In this document: one piece after another, positions 11,501 through 22,300 of the stretch
How positions within the stretch are numbered: position 1 is the stretch's first letter
How the letters are laid out: every line of letters begins with the position of its first letter
IMG/VR virus record: IMGVR_UViG_3300021957_000050
Coordinates: 1-54,918 of that record
Direction: 5' to 3' (one strand)
Source: a virus
Lineage: Duplodnaviria; Caudoviricetes
DNA length: 54,918 nucleotides
Notes under the pieces: generated by a model
What the model was told of the DNA's origin: nothing
The model's input: the letters and a program-made list of their open reading frames with translations, nothing else
Databases searched by the model: none
Position numbers and translations under genes: made by a program

Positions 11501-11814
11501 AAAGATTAAAAGAAAATATTGTACCTATTAAAGATGCTATTGGAAAAATAAAACAACTAAGCGGTTATGAATTTGATTGGAACGATAAACAGGAGACATT
11601 TGAAGGTCATGATTATGGTGTACTAGCACAAGAAGTTGAAAAAGTTCTACCTGAATTAGTAAAGGATAGAAAAGATGGATTTAAAGGTGTTAGGTACGAA
11701 AAACTAGCAAGTGTTTTGATAGAAGGTATTAAAGAGCAACAGACCACGATCGAAAATCAACAAAAACAAATAGATGAACTAAAGGATCTAGTTGGAAGTT
11801 TGATTAAAAAGTAA
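8578..11814 (+). CDS. Tail fibre protein with beta-propeller insert and C-terminal peptidase S74 intramolecular chaperone
   Basis: About 7 GIGT repeats. C-terminal YYSSDKRLKENI...GVLAQEVEKVLPELV...VRYEKL plus coiled coil is the S74 chaperone signature. Confidence 0.85.
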   Translation: MANKTKPSIQDLNGNIGIGVTTPKTMLHIGPLTGGVNGVAQERLRISGDYAGTSTGALIRFTNQHDNGTNPNVGEYNLAGIKAYDYRSDWGGALALQTAPNTSAGGTLVDRITILPEGLVGINTTGPTSLLTVNDGNIKIIKGQLSGGTDFDFLQLSFNGGWSGNVGGLASINFTDSVTSTNTVGRIGVTYTGSQGKFVVTDLYSGGYAASGDAFTIQADGKTYIKGNTGIGTTSPSTKLDIDGGINATGKNFLNQSNLYNNPTQGITGFGNKSMDSSISYYDTGKTVATAVRGIVWTGKHYIVTDYQAQTAKFYDSNFDTMNRPTGGTINLPNDGNTDHPHGAAWDGRYLYCIQYGGSGAKIVAYDLDNGTTTASIMFTKALNNTTATYDVEYAEGHLYTVTDGAVSKYKLDGNRITHITTSGNILSSLEAQSITYDGSYLWITQNANNMYQVRLDCTLKATLTTDIPPENVAMAWNGQNTVSVNHTNGKVYVINTAHTRFDTEQFSIMGGNVGIGTTAPISKFHVINAGFPQVRINDETNAGESGIRFRSKNASSIDFHGDIFVDGTGAETGRMGFRVPWNGSEKLTILSDGNVGIGTTSPASLLHIKKTQSYGTLRISPTSQNGESAMAFYLDPAGTTTGTCWVVGHAGWGNTGDFVIGNQTAGGPVMLMQNDGKVGIGTTSPNTTLEIKGYIPSANRTIPLDILTITGEGTGLPYTGSGGAIVFKNRTYTYGLLKSARIRSQIDSDSGSNRGAGLVFEVTDSNQTYNPSLFLKYNGNIGIGSTNPGNTLDVNGGITASSVINSKHHKYWNKGSISNSYVKILQVGTNNGQLASSYTLSGVSHGSGHVGNFVVKILVNHHQDVSIYSTCGGYTAGTFKVESDSNGQHHLSFKSNSGNAATYYFHLEGHSDSSTFTVNPTSTPNTSTTHEHVMNHGTNATFTGFTPLYKFNETLQAKVLRSDGDVIAYYSSDKRLKENIVPIKDAIGKIKQLSGYEFDWNDKQETFEGHDYGVLAQEVEKVLPELVKDRKDGFKGVRYEKLASVLIEGIKEQQTTIENQQKQIDELKDLVGSLIKK

Positions 11815-11905
11815 AATAACTTAGTAAAATTGTAGAGGAGTAAACAATCTTCTGGTGCTATTTATTATAGAATCACCTTTTGGACAGTGAAAAAAGGATA
11901 CAATT

Positions 11906-14900
11906 ATGGCCAACGAATTTATAATTAGGAAAGGATATAAATCCCTATCCTCCTCAGAAGTTACAGGATCTTTAAAAGTCTCAGCTAATATACATTCACC
12001 TGATATAGTTATTGCTGGACACGGATCGGTAAGCGCTTCATTAAGTAGCATATTAGCAAACGACTTAGACGGTACTGGTACTACAAACTATATTTCTAAA
12101 TTTACAGATACAGACACTTTAGCTGATTCTATTATTTTTGACTCAGGGACTAATATAGGTATAGGTATATTAACAGATGCAACTAGCAAAAAACTAACAG
12201 TAGCTGGAGAAATAACAGGTTCAGATATTTTTATAAACGGATGGAATTCTATATCTAGTTCACTTTCATTTATCAACACAACTCATACTAATTTCTCTGC
12301 TTCAGTTTCAACCAGGTTTGAAGGGCTAACAACAGACTATACTGAACTAGATAATATTCCTGATAATATAGTTTCATCGTCTTTACAGGTAGATCATGAT
12401 CAAACAACTAACTTTGTAGCAGGAGAACATTTTTTACAGTCAAGTATTACAACTGTAGGAACAGTAACAACAGGTAACGTAACTGCTATATTACCATCAA
12501 ACACAGTATCAAGTTCAGCTCAAATTGCTTCTGATATTTCAGGATCAATCACAAGTTTTTCTGGGTCTGTATCAGCAAGATTTGAAAACAATGAAAGTAG
12601 TATCGGATCACTTAATGGTGCTACCGGTTCGTATTTACTTAATACAACAGATACATTAACAGGAGATTTAACTGTCACAGGTACAGTAACAGCACAGGAG
12701 TTCCATACAGAGATTGTAAGTGCATCTATTATTTACGAATCCGGTTCTTCAAAATTTGGAGATTCTGCTGATGACAATCATGATTTTACCGGTTCTTTAA
12801 ATGTACTAGGATCTATAACAGGTACAGTAAACGGATACTTACCCCTTTCAGCTGGTTCAACAAATCCTTTAACAGGTGATTTATATATTGAAGAAGATTC
12901 TATATACCTATTAAATGCAAGTAATAACTACTGGAGAGTGCAAACTAATTCTTCTGGTAAACTTACTTTCAAACAAGGAACCACTCAAAGAGGTATATGG
13001 TCAAGCGGGGAGTTACAGTTAGCAAATAACTTAATTGTTGACGGCAAGGTAGGTATAGGAACTACTAGTCCTACTAAAGAATTAGAAGTAAACGGAACTG
13101 TTCACCTCGGAACAGGAGGTAATGATGTTACAATAGGAGCTAGTAATAGTTCGGTTATGTTCATGCTACGATCTGGATTTAACTATATCCAGGCAAGTCA
13201 TGCATCTGGTGCTTTAGTGTTTAGAACTGGAGGTGCTAATAACAGGATGATTATTGATTCATCAGGCAACGTAGGTATTGGGACGACTAGTCCTAGTGCT
13301 AAACTGGAGGTTAAGTCTTCAAGTCAAACTTTGTCTACAGCTAAGTTTGACTCTATAGAATTACAAACCTATGCGGTTAACAATTCTTGGGTTGGAGAAA
13401 ATTTATATTATGATGGATCGTTTAAATATAGAGCAAATGGATATGCTACTGCATTGTATTTTGACGGCAGTGGATTTGATATTAGAACTGCTCCAAGTGG
13501 AACTGCAGGTGCTGTAGCAACTTTAACAACAGCTTTTACTCTTTTAGAAAGCTCAGGCAACGTCGGGATTGGAACGACTGCTCCTGCTTATAAACTTGAT
13601 GTAAACGGAACTATAAGAATTGGATCAGGTGGGTCTATTCAACCATTATTATCAAGAGACAGTGCGACAGGTGGATTGATTGTTAGTTCAGTAGGGAATA
13701 GCGGAGATTTTATATTCAAAGGATCAGGTGGTAGCGAAAAGTTTAGAATAACAGACAGCGGTAACGTAGGTATTGGGACTACTAATCCTCAATCAAAACT
13801 ACATTTAGCAACCACAGGTAGCTCTACGTTAACAATTCAAAACACTACTAATTCAGGTAACGCTGCTTTGAATTTTAGAGACGAAGGAAATAATGATCAA
13901 TTTCAAATATATTATGCATTAGGGGCAAACAGAGCGTACAATCTTGTAAATGGTAACGGTCTTACTGTATATTCTTCTCAAGTTTCTGGAGAGATAGCTA
14001 GATTTGGAACAGCTACGGGATATACTGATTCTTACTTTACGGGCAAGGTTGGTATAGGCACTACTAGTCCTAGTACGCATCTCGATGTTATAGGTAATAT
14101 CAGAATAGGAACAGATAGTGAACACGCATTCCAAATTACTGATGATAGCACTAATAACTTCCTAATATTATCCTCTACTCAAAGAGCAACAGCATCCGCA
14201 GCTAGAGATATTAAGTTTAGAAGCTACGGAACAGATGCCACAGACAATGTACTTGTTATGGATATGTCGTCTGGTAACGTAGGTATTGGTATAGATACTC
14301 CAAATTACCCATTCGAGGTTAATGGTACATCTACTGTATCTATAGCGTATCAACGAACTGGAGTTTCTGCTAAAAAATGGGGCTTTCATTCGGATAATGG
14401 TAATACGTACTGGCAAAACTTAACAGACGGTAATCTTGCATTAACGATTTCTAATGCCGGGAATGTAGGGATAGGAACAACCGGACCATCTAGCTTATCA
14501 GCAAATACCACATCACTTAGTATAAATTCTACCAGATCTGATTTGACCGGAGGTATTTTCCTTAAAGCTAACGGCACTAACAAAGCTCAATACTATTGGG
14601 ATAGCTCAGGTCAAGTTAATGAAACACTAGCTGGAGATATTAGGTGGTTTGTTGGTAATACTGAAAGGATGCGTATTAAGAGTACCGGTAACGTCGGGAT
14701 TGGGAATTCAGCACCTCCTGTCAAGTTTGCTGTAAACAATGGAATTGTAAGAACAAACACCGCTAAAACATATTCAACGTTTATTCATACTAATGACACT
14801 GATGATTACAGGGTTGGATTAGCTACAGCTATTAAAGGAGGAGCAAATGCTGCTGCTAGGTACGTGTCTATTGAAGCTTCTTCTTACCGATTATCTACAG

Positions 14901-17900
14901 ATGCATTTACTAATGAATTTGACTTACTACTTAACCCAGTAGCAGGTAACGTAGGGATTGGAACAACTAGTCCTAGTGCTAAATTAGAGGTTAATGGGGT
15001 AATAAGGTCTAAAGGTGGAACATTTGTAGCAGATATTGATACCAGAACAAATGTTGGACTAGTAATACCTGAAAATGATTTTATATATACAGCTGATGGT
15101 TCTAGTTATTTGAGAAAATTAATTGGAAAAACAAGTGATATTATAACTATAGGAGAAGCGGGAACATCTCTTATAGACGGTATAAATTTACTACCTGGAG
15201 GTACAGGAGGTTATGTGCAGATATACAACAATAGTTCTATTGCTGCTAAATTTGTAGACGGTAAACTCGGTATTGGAACTACTTCTCCTACTATTAAATT
15301 TGAAGTAGTAGGTGATGGGACTGGAAATAGTGGTATAGGATTCAAGCAATCTGGTGCTCAAGAACATAGATTATACGCTGCTAACCAAACACAACATAAC
15401 GCAATAGGTTCTTCTGCTCCAATATGGAAATGGGGACAAAGCGATGCTACAGGTTCTATATCATCTCAAAAAATGCTATTAAACAATAGCGGACTAACAG
15501 TAACAGGAGATATAGATAGTGACGATATTACAATAGATGGTTGGGGATCAGTATCTAGTTCATTAGCATCAATAGCTACTGCTGGAGGAGTAAATGGATC
15601 TGGAACTACTAATGATCTAGTAATGTGGTCAGGAGCAAATTCTTTATCAGATGCGCCAATAGCAATTAGCGGTAATAACGCAACTTTTGCAGGAAATATA
15701 ACAGTAAATGGAAATACAAATTCAATTGCTACAGGGAACACTGGTACTTTCATAACAAACGATACAAGTAATTACCCTAGATTTACCTTAACAAATTCTA
15801 GTGCTCAAATAGGATTATTTAGAACAGGCGGAAATGCAGGAGGTATGTACATTGGAGGTTCATTAGATGGTTTCCGTATATACACAGCTGGTTTTTCCCA
15901 AAAACTTTTAGTAGACCAAAGTGGTAACGCAACTTTTGCAGGTACTCTGCAAGTTGACGGTTCTAACCTTGGAATAGGTGGAGCTCCTGCTAATGCTTCT
16001 TATGGAAGTATAGGAACCAAACTTGATATAAAAGGCGGAGCTGATTCAATTATAATTTTAAGAGGAGCCGCAGGCGGTACTGGAGCTGGAGCATATGTTG
16101 CAAGTGAATATGGTTTATACTCATATGATGGAGAATTTATGATTACAAGAACAAATCAAAATTCTTGGTGGACTTCTCCTGATCTTAAATTAAGTGGTGG
16201 AAATGCAACTTTTTCAGGTAATATAGTTGGGAATACTAATAACACCACAGAATTAGGTACATACTCTACAGGTGCTATAAAAAGAATTAGGATGTGCCAA
16301 GGTGGTGAATTACATTTTGGAGACACCACCACTAGCGCTCCTCTTGGTATAACTGAAGGTCAATGGAATAGTTTTACTGACCAAGATAGGTTAAGTATTT
16401 ATGGAAGAAGCTCAATCACCTTTTATGCAGGTTCAACTGCAGCAGTTTTAGCTGCTACATTACAATCAACAGGGCTTACATTAAACACTATAACAAATGC
16501 TACTACAGATACTGATAAATTCTTAGTATCAGACTCAGGTATAATCAAATACAGAACAGGAGCAGAACTATTATCTGATATTGGAGCAGTTACTCCTAGT
16601 ACACTTGGAAGTTATTTACCGCTATCAGCAGGGTCGACCAAAAAACTTACAGACACTTTATACATACAAGGTACTAACTCAACTGGAGCTGAAACTACGT
16701 TATTGAGGGGTATATCAAGTGCCGATAGTGATTGGTTAGGTAGTATAAGAACAGCAAACACAGGTGGTTACAACCAGGAAATGAGGTTTTATACATCTAA
16801 CGCAAATGGAACAACTAATGAAAATTTAACTTTAACTTTAGCTCCTAATTTAAACGCAACTTTTGCAGGTAGCGGTACTTTTAATACAAACCTAACGGTA
16901 AATGCACCCGATGGAGGAGGAGCACCAGCTATGACTGCTATACTAAACATGCACGGTTATGAAGGACGCGGTGTTGGTATAAAAATGAAAGACAATGTTA
17001 ATTCTGCAACCAGTAGTACCGATAGAGAATGGTTTGTTGGTACAGGGTATAATAGCTCTGGTTTTAACATTGGATATGCCGCTGATGGTTCACAATCTTC
17101 TTATAATGCACAAGCAAAACTAAGTATAGGAACAAATGGAGATGCATTATTTTCAAGAAATGTAACAGTAACAGGAGACTTAACGGTAAACGGAACAACA
17201 ACTACTATTAATACTGCTACTGTTGAGGTAGAAGATAATATAATAGTACTTAATAAAACTGCTTCGGATGGATCTGCAACTGCTGCTACATCAGGTATAT
17301 CTATCAATAGAGGTGGATCAACCTCAGATGCAAGTTTTATATTTGACGACGGAGATGATTATTGGGATTTAACTCATAACTTAAAGGTCGCCGGTATTGC
17401 CCAAGCAACAAAAATCGGTATCGGGACAGTTCCTACTTACGATTTAGATATACTTCAGAACAATGGTAGAATTAGAATACTAGGTTCAACCGGGTATGTT
17501 GCTTTAGATTTGCAGAATAATGGTGCTAGTTTTTACCTAGCTAGAGAAGGTGCCACAGCAGGTAACTTTGCAACCGGCAATAATGCTTACGCAGGAGTAT
17601 TGGCAGTACAAGGTAACTATGATTTACAGTTAGCCACCAATGGCGTTGTTAGACAAACTATCAATGGTTCTGGTGACACTACCTTTGCAGGGACTCTAAC
17701 TCTACCAGGAGAAGAATCAAATACTTTTAAAATAGCATTCACAGGTGCTTCTGCTAGTTCTGGTTTATCTACAGTAGATCAAAGTGGATCAGGATTATAT
17801 ATTGGAGCAAACTCAAGAGTAAATGCCTCAGGTAATGTTGTTTACCATGATTCAGCATTACCAAGTAGTGGTATCTATTTTGATGGTTGGAATGGTGATG

Positions 17901-19363
17901 ATATGGAGTTTTATACAGGTGCTTCAGGTAACCCTACTAAAAGACTTACAATCTCAGCAACAGGAGATTCAACTTTTACAGGAAATGTTTTAATTAATAA
18001 AGCATCAAACCCTACTTCTTTACAAATAGGGTCTAGTTTAGCTGATGACCCTTTTGTAGTATTTCAAACCGATGGCAATACAATGTCTATGGGGATTGAT
18101 AGAAGCGATAGTAATAAATTTAAAATCTCTGATAATAATACTTTAGGAACTAATGATAGATTAATAATAAATACCGCAGGCAACGTCGGGATCGGGAATA
18201 CTAACCCTGGAGCAAAACTAGTTGTCGGCGCAAATGTTAACACAAATGCTACAGGTATTGAAGTTAACGCTGGAACTGGAGGAGGAAATGTTATTTCTAA
18301 TGGAACTGCTGATAACTGGTTTCCTTATGTTGATAACAATAATTACTATAGTGCGCAAGATCATATATTTAGAAGCGAAACTAATTCTGCTACTCGTATG
18401 ACTATAAAAAGTTCCGGTAACGTTGGAATCGGGACTACTAATCCTACTAATACAGATTTCGGCACGGTAGTACCTAGATTACACGTAAAACAAAGCGATA
18501 CTAGTGGAGCATATAATCTTGTAGCTCGTTTCCAAGCAGGCGCTGATGCTAATGATACAGGTGGAGCTATATTGATTAACCATAGTAATGATCGCGGTCT
18601 GTTAATAGAAGGTGGAAGAGGAGGATCAGGAACAACTCCTGATGATGATGCAATTGCACATTTGGGATTAGTACAAAGTAATGGTACAAATACAAGAATC
18701 ATAACTCTTAAACAAAAAAATCCAAGTGGCACAATTTATGGCGTAGGTATAGGGACTACTATGCCTCAAGCTAAATTAGATGTAAATGGAGGAGTAAAGA
18801 TAGGCAACGATACAGATACAGCTTCAGTAGATAAAGTAGGTACAATGCGCTACCGAACAGGTACAGAGTATGTTGAGGTTGATGGGGTTGACCTAGTAAC
18901 AAATGGTGATTTTGAAGATGCGACAACGAGTTGGAGTTTTGGAACTGGCTGGGCAGTATCAAATGGAGGCGCCACGGTTTCAACTACTAGTATTACAAAC
19001 GACATAAGGCAAACACTTTCTTACGTAGCTAACATATCTGCTGCAACTAAGTTTAAGTATAGATTTGAAATAACAGACATTACAGCAGGATCATTAAGAT
19101 TATTTGTAAATAAACCAACTTTTACACAAATAGCAAATGTTAATGCAGTTGGAGTGTATGAATACGTGGTTGAAGTTAGTACTGGAAGTAATGGTATATT
19201 TTATCTATACTCCACAAGCAGTAGCGGTAGTACTTTTCAAGGAACTGTAACTAACGTATCAGTAATAGAAGTAACAGAAGAAGACGCAAGCTACGCAGAT
19301 ATGTGTATGCAAACAGGAGCATCAACATACGAATGGGTTAACATAGTAAGAAACACATATTAA
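11906..19363 (+). CDS. Very large tail fibre/adhesin protein (2485 aa) with C-terminal carbohydrate-binding-like domain
   Basis: About 16 GIGT repeats; Ser-rich N-terminus; GDLTVNGTTTTINT fibre motif; LVTNGDFE CBM-like domain near the C-terminus. Confidence 0.8.
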   Translation: MANEFIIRKGYKSLSSSEVTGSLKVSANIHSPDIVIAGHGSVSASLSSILANDLDGTGTTNYISKFTDTDTLADSIIFDSGTNIGIGILTDATSKKLTVAGEITGSDIFINGWNSISSSLSFINTTHTNFSASVSTRFEGLTTDYTELDNIPDNIVSSSLQVDHDQTTNFVAGEHFLQSSITTVGTVTTGNVTAILPSNTVSSSAQIASDISGSITSFSGSVSARFENNESSIGSLNGATGSYLLNTTDTLTGDLTVTGTVTAQEFHTEIVSASIIYESGSSKFGDSADDNHDFTGSLNVLGSITGTVNGYLPLSAGSTNPLTGDLYIEEDSIYLLNASNNYWRVQTNSSGKLTFKQGTTQRGIWSSGELQLANNLIVDGKVGIGTTSPTKELEVNGTVHLGTGGNDVTIGASNSSVMFMLRSGFNYIQASHASGALVFRTGGANNRMIIDSSGNVGIGTTSPSAKLEVKSSSQTLSTAKFDSIELQTYAVNNSWVGENLYYDGSFKYRANGYATALYFDGSGFDIRTAPSGTAGAVATLTTAFTLLESSGNVGIGTTAPAYKLDVNGTIRIGSGGSIQPLLSRDSATGGLIVSSVGNSGDFIFKGSGGSEKFRITDSGNVGIGTTNPQSKLHLATTGSSTLTIQNTTNSGNAALNFRDEGNNDQFQIYYALGANRAYNLVNGNGLTVYSSQVSGEIARFGTATGYTDSYFTGKVGIGTTSPSTHLDVIGNIRIGTDSEHAFQITDDSTNNFLILSSTQRATASAARDIKFRSYGTDATDNVLVMDMSSGNVGIGIDTPNYPFEVNGTSTVSIAYQRTGVSAKKWGFHSDNGNTYWQNLTDGNLALTISNAGNVGIGTTGPSSLSANTTSLSINSTRSDLTGGIFLKANGTNKAQYYWDSSGQVNETLAGDIRWFVGNTERMRIKSTGNVGIGNSAPPVKFAVNNGIVRTNTAKTYSTFIHTNDTDDYRVGLATAIKGGANAAARYVSIEASSYRLSTDAFTNEFDLLLNPVAGNVGIGTTSPSAKLEVNGVIRSKGGTFVADIDTRTNVGLVIPENDFIYTADGSSYLRKLIGKTSDIITIGEAGTSLIDGINLLPGGTGGYVQIYNNSSIAAKFVDGKLGIGTTSPTIKFEVVGDGTGNSGIGFKQSGAQEHRLYAANQTQHNAIGSSAPIWKWGQSDATGSISSQKMLLNNSGLTVTGDIDSDDITIDGWGSVSSSLASIATAGGVNGSGTTNDLVMWSGANSLSDAPIAISGNNATFAGNITVNGNTNSIATGNTGTFITNDTSNYPRFTLTNSSAQIGLFRTGGNAGGMYIGGSLDGFRIYTAGFSQKLLVDQSGNATFAGTLQVDGSNLGIGGAPANASYGSIGTKLDIKGGADSIIILRGAAGGTGAGAYVASEYGLYSYDGEFMITRTNQNSWWTSPDLKLSGGNATFSGNIVGNTNNTTELGTYSTGAIKRIRMCQGGELHFGDTTTSAPLGITEGQWNSFTDQDRLSIYGRSSITFYAGSTAAVLAATLQSTGLTLNTITNATTDTDKFLVSDSGIIKYRTGAELLSDIGAVTPSTLGSYLPLSAGSTKKLTDTLYIQGTNSTGAETTLLRGISSADSDWLGSIRTANTGGYNQEMRFYTSNANGTTNENLTLTLAPNLNATFAGSGTFNTNLTVNAPDGGGAPAMTAILNMHGYEGRGVGIKMKDNVNSATSSTDREWFVGTGYNSSGFNIGYAADGSQSSYNAQAKLSIGTNGDALFSRNVTVTGDLTVNGTTTTINTATVEVEDNIIVLNKTASDGSATAATSGISINRGGSTSDASFIFDDGDDYWDLTHNLKVAGIAQATKIGIGTVPTYDLDILQNNGRIRILGSTGYVALDLQNNGASFYLAREGATAGNFATGNNAYAGVLAVQGNYDLQLATNGVVRQTINGSGDTTFAGTLTLPGEESNTFKIAFTGASASSGLSTVDQSGSGLYIGANSRVNASGNVVYHDSALPSSGIYFDGWNGDDMEFYTGASGNPTKRLTISATGDSTFTGNVLINKASNPTSLQIGSSLADDPFVVFQTDGNTMSMGIDRSDSNKFKISDNNTLGTNDRLIINTAGNVGIGNTNPGAKLVVGANVNTNATGIEVNAGTGGGNVISNGTADNWFPYVDNNNYYSAQDHIFRSETNSATRMTIKSSGNVGIGTTNPTNTDFGTVVPRLHVKQSDTSGAYNLVARFQAGADANDTGGAILINHSNDRGLLIEGGRGGSGTTPDDDAIAHLGLVQSNGTNTRIITLKQKNPSGTIYGVGIGTTMPQAKLDVNGGVKIGNDTDTASVDKVGTMRYRTGTEYVEVDGVDLVTNGDFEDATTSWSFGTGWAVSNGGATVSTTSITNDIRQTLSYVANISAATKFKYRFEITDITAGSLRLFVNKPTFTQIANVNAVGVYEYVVEVSTGSNGIFYLYSTSSSGSTFQGTVTNVSVIEVTEEDASYADMCMQTGASTYEWVNIVRNTY

Positions 19364-19365
19364 AA

Positions 19366-22300
19366 ATGAGTACAGGAAAAACATATTCAACTAAGTACAT
19401 TATTGACAACGACGGTAACAAAGGAGCTGCCGGTCAAATACTTACATCTACAGATACAGGTATAAACTTTCAAGATGCAGAAAAAAATGGACCTAATCAA
19501 ATTAAAGGTGCTATATTCAACTCTAAGGAAGTTCTTATGGATACTCCAAACGGAGGTCAACAAGTATGTAGAGTCATCACTGATGAACACGGGGAATGGA
19601 TTCAAGTAGGTAGATTTCAAGCAAATGCAGGTACAGCTATAAGAGGCACATGGGGATCTGTAACCGGTTTAAGCACATCAGAAGCTCAAAGCGCTACAAC
19701 TGCTTTCTCAGCTGACTTTGGGGACTGTTACCCTGAAGAGGTAAGGGTATTAGGGTCGACTGATTTTAAAAACTGGAGTAACAGTAAAACTGTAGATTTT
19801 ATATATAAAGTACCAAAAGGAAGAAAGTGGAAGAATTTCTTTAGTGGAGGAGCAGACAATGGTATGACCTATGGAGGCGCTTTTTCAACTAATAATGCTG
19901 CTAATAGATATGGAATGAGTATTTCTGGATCTTACGACGGTAGAGGTAGATGGCATAACAAAACACAAAACTTTGTTGGTATGTCCGATGTCAATCCTAC
20001 AAATCCATCTGCGGCATATACTACTGCTACAGCAAATGCTTTTGACTGGGGAACCGCAGGTAGTGACGCTAAACTTTCTGTACATGCTACTGAACATTAT
20101 AGCGGTCAGGATGGCAAAATAACATCTGGTTTTGGTGAAGATGATAATAACGCTTTCTTTATGGATCTATATCCTTTAGAATCTAATAATTTAGTTGGAA
20201 GTAATTCTGAGTATAGTTCTGCTGTATGGATATTAATTAAATTGCCAGGAGGTACTTCTGGAAATGGTGGAGGAAGTGGTACTTATTGGGCTGAAAATGG
20301 AGCAGATATTCACAATACCAATTCAGGAAACGTTGGTATCGGTACTAGTGCACCTGCTACTAAATTTTCCGTAGATACTGGAGAGTCAACATTCAATAGA
20401 GGAAACTCTGATGGAACAATTGCTACATTTAGAGGTAAGAATAACGTAAAAGCTGTAATCGGTACATTGGACTCTTACTTTGTTGGTAATGTCGGTATAG
20501 GAGCAACCACACCAGATGCTAAACTAGAAGTAGGCGGTGGATCAACAGGTATAATATTATCTAATTTAGGAGACTCCTCAGCTTACGATGCTATAAGAAT
20601 GACCTATACCGGTTATAATTCAGGCACACCAGAATTTATATTTCAACCTAAAACTGCCCCAGGAAGTGGTACTGCTAATACCTACTTTAGATTTAAAACA
20701 CAAGGTTCTAGCCCTGGGATAAATGTAGCTAATGTAACTGTTGATGGAAGAATAGGTATTGGAAATCTAACTCCTCAAGCACCGTTGTCATTTGCAACGG
20801 ATGTTGGACAAAAAATAGACTTTTACCATAACACCGCTTCTAGTGATAGATACGGTATTGAAGTACAGAGTAGTGAATTAAGGATACATAGTGGAGCGCA
20901 AGGAGATAGCACAGGAGGTATTACCTTTGGTAAAAAAACAACTACTGCTTTTACTGAAACAATGCGAATTAGAAATGACGGAAGAGTTGGAATCGGAACT
21001 TCCATTCCTGCATCTGTCTTGCACGTACATGGAGGATCAGGAGGTGCAAGTATGATTATAAGAGGTGATCAACCAACGGGTGCATACTACTATGGGTATA
21101 TGTACGACGGTACGAACTTAAAAGGTACTACTCAAACAAATATATTTTACGCTGGTGCTACTATAGCAGCAGATACAACTATTGCAGATTATGCAGGTTT
21201 AAGGATCGATGCACCAAACGTGTCAGCATCAAACGCTGTGATAACAAATAACTACGGTATCTACCAAGCAAGTAGTTTACAGAAAAACTACTTCGGTGGT
21301 AGTGTAGGAATAGGAAGCACCAGCCCTTCTAAAAAACTAAACGTAGAAGGAAGTGTTCAACTTGGTAGAAATGGAAACAACACCGCCGGTGATCCACACA
21401 TAACTTTAATCTCAGGACATGGTATAGAAGATGCATCCACAGGTAACTACTATGGATCTTATGGTTTTTTAGAATTCAATGCAAATACAAACTACACCGG
21501 TAGTGCTCGAAGATTTGCTTTAACAAATGGCTTTTTAGCTAATAAATTTGCTATACTTAGGAGTGATACTAATATGGCTACTATGGAATTATCCACTGCC
21601 GGAGCAGAACCATCCGGAGCAGTAGCAGATTTTGTAATAAACACTGACGGAAAAATTGGTATTGGAACAACTAACCCTAGTGAGCAGCTTGAAGTAGATG
21701 GTATTCTACAAATTAAAAGAAGCGGAGATCATCCAGCCATAAGATTTCAAGAAGATTCAACAACATTGGCTTATATGGGTTCAGGAGACTGGGCTATCAA
21801 CGGTTTATCAAATGGTGATTTTGGTATATCTTCTGCAAGCACAGGGTCATTAGCTCTCGGTACTAACTCAGGTAGCGGTAGAATGTATTTAATAGACGGC
21901 GGAAAGGTTGGTATAGGGGCACCAGCACCACTAGCAGTTCTAGATATATCAAATACAGCATCAAGTATATATCAACAATGGAGCTATGACAATCCCGGTG
22001 CTAATAATTATAATTTACAATTAACAGAAACAGTAACCTCTGGTAATGTTAGATTTGTATTCGATCAAAAAAATGCAGGTACTGTTTATTCGGATGTATT
22101 GGTATTCAATCAAGGTGAAATCGGAATGGGTACAGACGAACCTGATGGTAAATTAAATATAAGCAAAGGTACTGCATCAGGAATTAGCAACCTTTTAGTA
22201 CTAACTAACCATCAATATGCAGATGCAGATGATTCAGGTTCATCAATAAGATTCCAAGGTTATAGTTTATTTAATCCTGGTAGTTCTAACCCTAGATACT

